Assembly: GCF_035514885.1 (NCBI RefSeq)
Contig: NZ_DATJCH010000023.1
Span: 4,881-68,880, forward strand
Length of the DNA stretch: 64,000 nucleotides
Origin: Albibacterium sp.
GTDB taxonomy: Bacteria > Bacteroidota > Bacteroidia > Sphingobacteriales > Sphingobacteriaceae
Reading direction: 5' to 3'
The notes beneath the pieces are model-generated. The model saw only the letters and a list, made by a program, of their open reading frames with translations. It ran no database searches and had not been told where the DNA came from. Shown here piece by piece: positions 60,684-64,000 of the stretch (position 1 is its first letter; every line of letters starts with the position of its first letter). Both the position numbers and the translations under genes were made by a program.

Positions 60684-61778
60684 TTAATTAGATTTGAAAT
60701 TATTGATAATTTTAATAGAATTTATGCGGTCTTCAGCAATTTTATTAGCTGCTAAATGAGTAGAGATGTTCTCTGACTTCGATCGCTGAATAACAGAACG
60801 AGTAGCCTCATAAATATTCTCTGCTAACTCAAGAGTTCTTGATGAGGAATAACCTGCTAATTCAGAATAGCAGCTAATTAATCCTCCGGCGTTAATTAAA
60901 TAATCGGGTGCAAATAATATTCCTCTTTCTAAAAGCATTTTGCCGTGTTTGCCCTCATCTTCTAACTGATTATTGGCTGATCCGGCAATAATCTTACAGT
61001 TCAATCTTGGAATAGTATTATCATTTAATGTCCCACCCAATGCACAAGGGGCGTAAACATCGATATCTAAGTCATAGATTCTATTATTTTGAACGATTTC
61101 CGCGCCATATTTATTTGCAACTTTAATCATTCGATCTTCTATGATATCACTTATGTAAACTTTAGCATTTTCACTTCTTAATAAAGCAACTAACCCTTCA
61201 CCCACTTGGCCTGTCCCCTGAACTAACACAGTTCTTCCAGCTAAACTATCATTGCCAAAAAGCTCCTTTATTCCAGCCTTAATACCGTAATAAACACTTT
61301 TTGCCGTAAATGGGGAGGAATCTCCGCTACCACCAACAGAACTAGGTAAACCAGCAACATAGGGAGTTTCCATTTTTATAATCTCCATATCTCGCGGATC
61401 TGTACCAATATCCAAAGAGGTAATATAGCTTCCATTAAGTTCATTCACAAATTGACCAAAACGACGCAAAAGAACTTCTGTTTTTTGAGTGCGGCTATCT
61501 CCAATAATAATTGCATTGCCTCCTCCAAAATTAACACCCGTAATCGCCGACTTATAAGTCATTGCTTTCGATAAACGCAATGAATCTTTAATTGCCTCTT
61601 CTTCCGTACGATACTCAAGCATACGAGTACCACCTATTGCAGGGCCCAAAGTAGTATTGTGAATAGTAATGATTGCCTTTAAACCGACTTCCTCATCATT
61701 ACAAAAAACTATTTGCTGATGACCAAAACGTCTAAGTAAATCAAATATGCTATTATTTATTTTATTCTCAGTGTCCAT
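60684..61778 (-). CDS. Leu/Phe/Val dehydrogenase (Glu/Leu/Phe/Val dehydrogenase family)
   Basis: 364 aa with the catalytic Lys region (KAMTYKSAITGVNFGGGNAII) and a Rossmann motif GTGQVG. Confidence 0.88.
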   Translation of the reverse strand: MDTENKINNSIFDLLRRFGHQQIVFCNDEEVGLKAIITIHNTTLGPAIGGTRMLEYRTEEEAIKDSLRLSKAMTYKSAITGVNFGGGNAIIIGDSRTQKTEVLLRRFGQFVNELNGSYITSLDIGTDPRDMEIIKMETPYVAGLPSSVGGSGDSSPFTAKSVYYGIKAGIKELFGNDSLAGRTVLVQGTGQVGEGLVALLRSENAKVYISDIIEDRMIKVANKYGAEIVQNNRIYDLDIDVYAPCALGGTLNDNTIPRLNCKIIAGSANNQLEDEGKHGKMLLERGILFAPDYLINAGGLISCYSELAGYSSSRTLELAENIYEATRSVIQRSKSENISTHLAANKIAEDRINSIKIINNFKSN

Positions 61779-61896
61779 CTTTAATTAGCAGTCGGCAAAT
61801 ATTGCCAAAAGTAATAATTTTTTAGATTAATTTACTGATTCATTCAATTAATCAAGCCTATGCACCTATCAATATATTTCATATTTTTGTACACCA

Positions 61897-63687
61897 ATGA
61901 AATACTTACTATACCTTAATAAATATTTCTATAAATATCGATGGAGATTAATTCCAGGTGTATTATTCGTTATTGCATCTAATTATTTTGCCATTCTTCC
62001 TGCTCAAGTAATTCGAGTCGCATTCGACCTTGTAAAAGAAAACATAAGCCTCTATCAATTATTCGATGGTTTTGACAGGCAAAAAGAGATATATCAAATC
62101 TTTGGCTATAGCCTGTTGCTATTTGGAGCCCTAGTTTTAACACTTGCTATTATCCGAGGCTTATTTTTATTCTTAATGCGCCAAACAATAATTCTAACAT
62201 CCAGGCATATTGAATATGATTTAAAAAACGAAATATATAGCCATTATCAAGAATTAGATATGGCATTTTTCCGAAAAAACAATACCGGAGATCTTTTGAA
62301 TAGAGTAACTGAAGACGTAGGAAGAGTGCGCGGTTATCTGGGACCTGCATTAATGTATTCAATCAACACCATTGTCTTAACAATTATGGTTGTCATTGCT
62401 ATGCTAAATGTAAATTCAACGTTAACATTTTACGCTTTACTACCAATCCCTTTCTTGGCAACGGTTATTCTTTTCATAAATAAAATTATCAATCAACGAA
62501 GCGAACGCATACAGCAACAGCTCTCTTCACTATCTAATTTCGTACAAGAAACGTTTTCTGGTATTCGGGTTTTAAAAAGCTATAATCGAGAAGAAAGAAA
62601 AATGCATGATTTTCGAAAGGAAGGAGATACCTATAAAGACGCCTCCATTTCTTTAGTCAAGGCACAGGCAATATTTTTTCCGCTTATTTTAATGTTAGTA
62701 GGACTCAGTACAATCTTAACTGTTTACATTGGTGGTCAAGAAGTTATTAAGGGAAACATTTCTTCAGGAAACATTGCTGAATTTATTGTTTACGTAAGCC
62801 AATTAACATTTCCAGCTATGTCCTTAGCCTGGGTAAATTCTTTAATTCAACGAGCAGCAGCTTCGCAAAAGCGAATAAACGAGTTTCTGGAAACCCAACC
62901 CGAGATTTACAACACCAATGGGACATCCAGTAAAATAAATGGACATATCAGATTTGATAATGTATCTTTTACATACCCTCACACAGGTATAGAAGCTTTA
63001 AAGAATGTTACATTTGAAGTGCAACCAGGAGAAACGCTCGCTATCCTAGGTCGTACGGGTTCTGGAAAATCAACCATTGCGGCTCTATTAATGCGCATGT
63101 ACGATGTACAATCGGGAGCAGTTTTAATGGATAATAAGCACATTGGTTCTTATAACTTACAAGACTATAGAAGACAATTCGGATATGTACCTCAAGGTGT
63201 ATTCTTATTTTCAGATACACTTGCCCGGAATATCGCGTTCGGCCTTGATAATGTAGATCAAGAAAAAGTTGAAACAGCCGCGAAAGCGGCAGCTGTCTAC
63301 AATAATATCATCAATTTCAACAATGGTTTCCAGACTGAAATAGGAGAAAGGGGTTTAACGCTCTCTGGCGGACAAAAACAGCGAGTATCCATAGCTCGTG
63401 CGCTAGTTACAGAACCAGAAGTACTTATATTTGACGATTCCTTGTCAGCAGTCGATACGAAAACTGAAGAAGAAATTCTTGAAAATCTTAATAAGATCAT
63501 GAAGAACAGAACCAGTATTCTGATCTCTCATCGCGTATCAACTATAAAGAATGCTGACAAAATTATACTACTTGAGGCAGGAAGAATTGTTGAGGAAGGT
63601 ACCCACCAAGAGTTAATATCAAAAAATGGAAAATATTTCGAACTCTATGAGAAACAAAAGCTCGATGAAGAAAAAATCTATTCCTAA
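61897..63687 (+). CDS. ABC transporter ATP-binding/permease fusion (exporter type)
   Basis: Six-TM N-terminal domain, Walker A GRTGSGKST, signature LSGGQKQR and Walker B LIFDDS. Confidence 0.92.
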   Translation: MKYLLYLNKYFYKYRWRLIPGVLFVIASNYFAILPAQVIRVAFDLVKENISLYQLFDGFDRQKEIYQIFGYSLLLFGALVLTLAIIRGLFLFLMRQTIILTSRHIEYDLKNEIYSHYQELDMAFFRKNNTGDLLNRVTEDVGRVRGYLGPALMYSINTIVLTIMVVIAMLNVNSTLTFYALLPIPFLATVILFINKIINQRSERIQQQLSSLSNFVQETFSGIRVLKSYNREERKMHDFRKEGDTYKDASISLVKAQAIFFPLILMLVGLSTILTVYIGGQEVIKGNISSGNIAEFIVYVSQLTFPAMSLAWVNSLIQRAAASQKRINEFLETQPEIYNTNGTSSKINGHIRFDNVSFTYPHTGIEALKNVTFEVQPGETLAILGRTGSGKSTIAALLMRMYDVQSGAVLMDNKHIGSYNLQDYRRQFGYVPQGVFLFSDTLARNIAFGLDNVDQEKVETAAKAAAVYNNIINFNNGFQTEIGERGLTLSGGQKQRVSIARALVTEPEVLIFDDSLSAVDTKTEEEILENLNKIMKNRTSILISHRVSTIKNADKIILLEAGRIVEEGTHQELISKNGKYFELYEKQKLDEEKIYS

Positions 63688-64000
63688 TTAGCGAAATTTC
63701 GTTTGAGTTCTGTCCATTAAACTCATTTGCTCTTTCATTGTTTTTATTTGTTCCGCCAAGAGCTTATTGGTATCTGCACGCTTAGCTTCTTGAAGAAAAC
63801 GTGTTGCTTCTCTCTTATTACGCTTTGCCATTGCAATTCCTGCTAAACTAATATAAGCCATAGCTGTATTATGACTCATACCCAAACCAGCAGAGAGTGC
63901 ACGTTTAAAGTATTTCTCAGATTTTAATGGCGCTATACGTGACTCTATTAAACCTATTAACAGAAAATAATAACCGTGTTGACTTTTGATAAGCTGCTTC
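63688..64000 (-). CDS. Partial gene (C-terminal part), TPR-like helical protein
   Basis: My hand translation of the minus-strand frame stays open from 63885 to the window edge. The N-terminus lies outside the window. Confidence 0.5.
   Translation of the reverse strand, partial: KQLIKSQHGYYFLLIGLIESRIAPLKSEKYFKRALSAGLGMSHNTAMAYISLAGIAMAKRNKREATRFLQEAKRADTNKLLAEQIKTMKEQMSLMDRTQTKFR

Overview
This looks like a chromosomal segment from a low-GC Bacteroidota genome. The gene order nusB-DUF1573-yajC-ybbR-coaE, a long NusB, GH3-dxr-rseP and many lipoprotein or Tat signals suggest Sphingobacteriia, but that taxon call is inference. I can support about 60 protein genes, 3 tRNA genes (Leu-CAA, Ser-GGA, Ser-TGA), several clean rho-independent hairpins and one unusual intergenic repeat. 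Layout: (1) 1-4.5 kb holds a MarR-TolC-HlyD-ABC2 efflux operon with visibly higher GC than the rest. (2) 4.6-7.1 kb is a decayed patch beside tRNA-Leu, with a doubly frameshifted alpha/beta hydrolase, a quinone-oxidoreductase C-terminal stump and a 5'-truncated large serine recombinase. (3) 7.2-13 kb is housekeeping (rseP, dxr, GH3, trxA). (4) tRNA-Ser(GGA) is followed about 1 kb later by a degenerate copy of its own 3' end, which suggests an island scar. (5) 15-30 kb is a carbohydrate locus: three esterases, two Tat-signal TIM-barrel proteins, a beta-propeller dehydrogenase-PKD-cytochrome c-CBM fusion, GH36, and kduD-DUF4861-kduI-GH88. (6) 30-64 kb is mostly core metabolism (ppk1/ppx, ppc, aroQ, murI, fba, accD, glmM, nusB and others). 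I found no CRISPR array, intact IS or transposase, rRNA, or recognisable defence system. The best candidates for something undescribed are the 11-bp-periodic palindromic repeat at 30271-30364 and the putative periplasmic oxidative sugar module at 17.7-25.5 kb. Both are hypotheses, not demonstrated systems.
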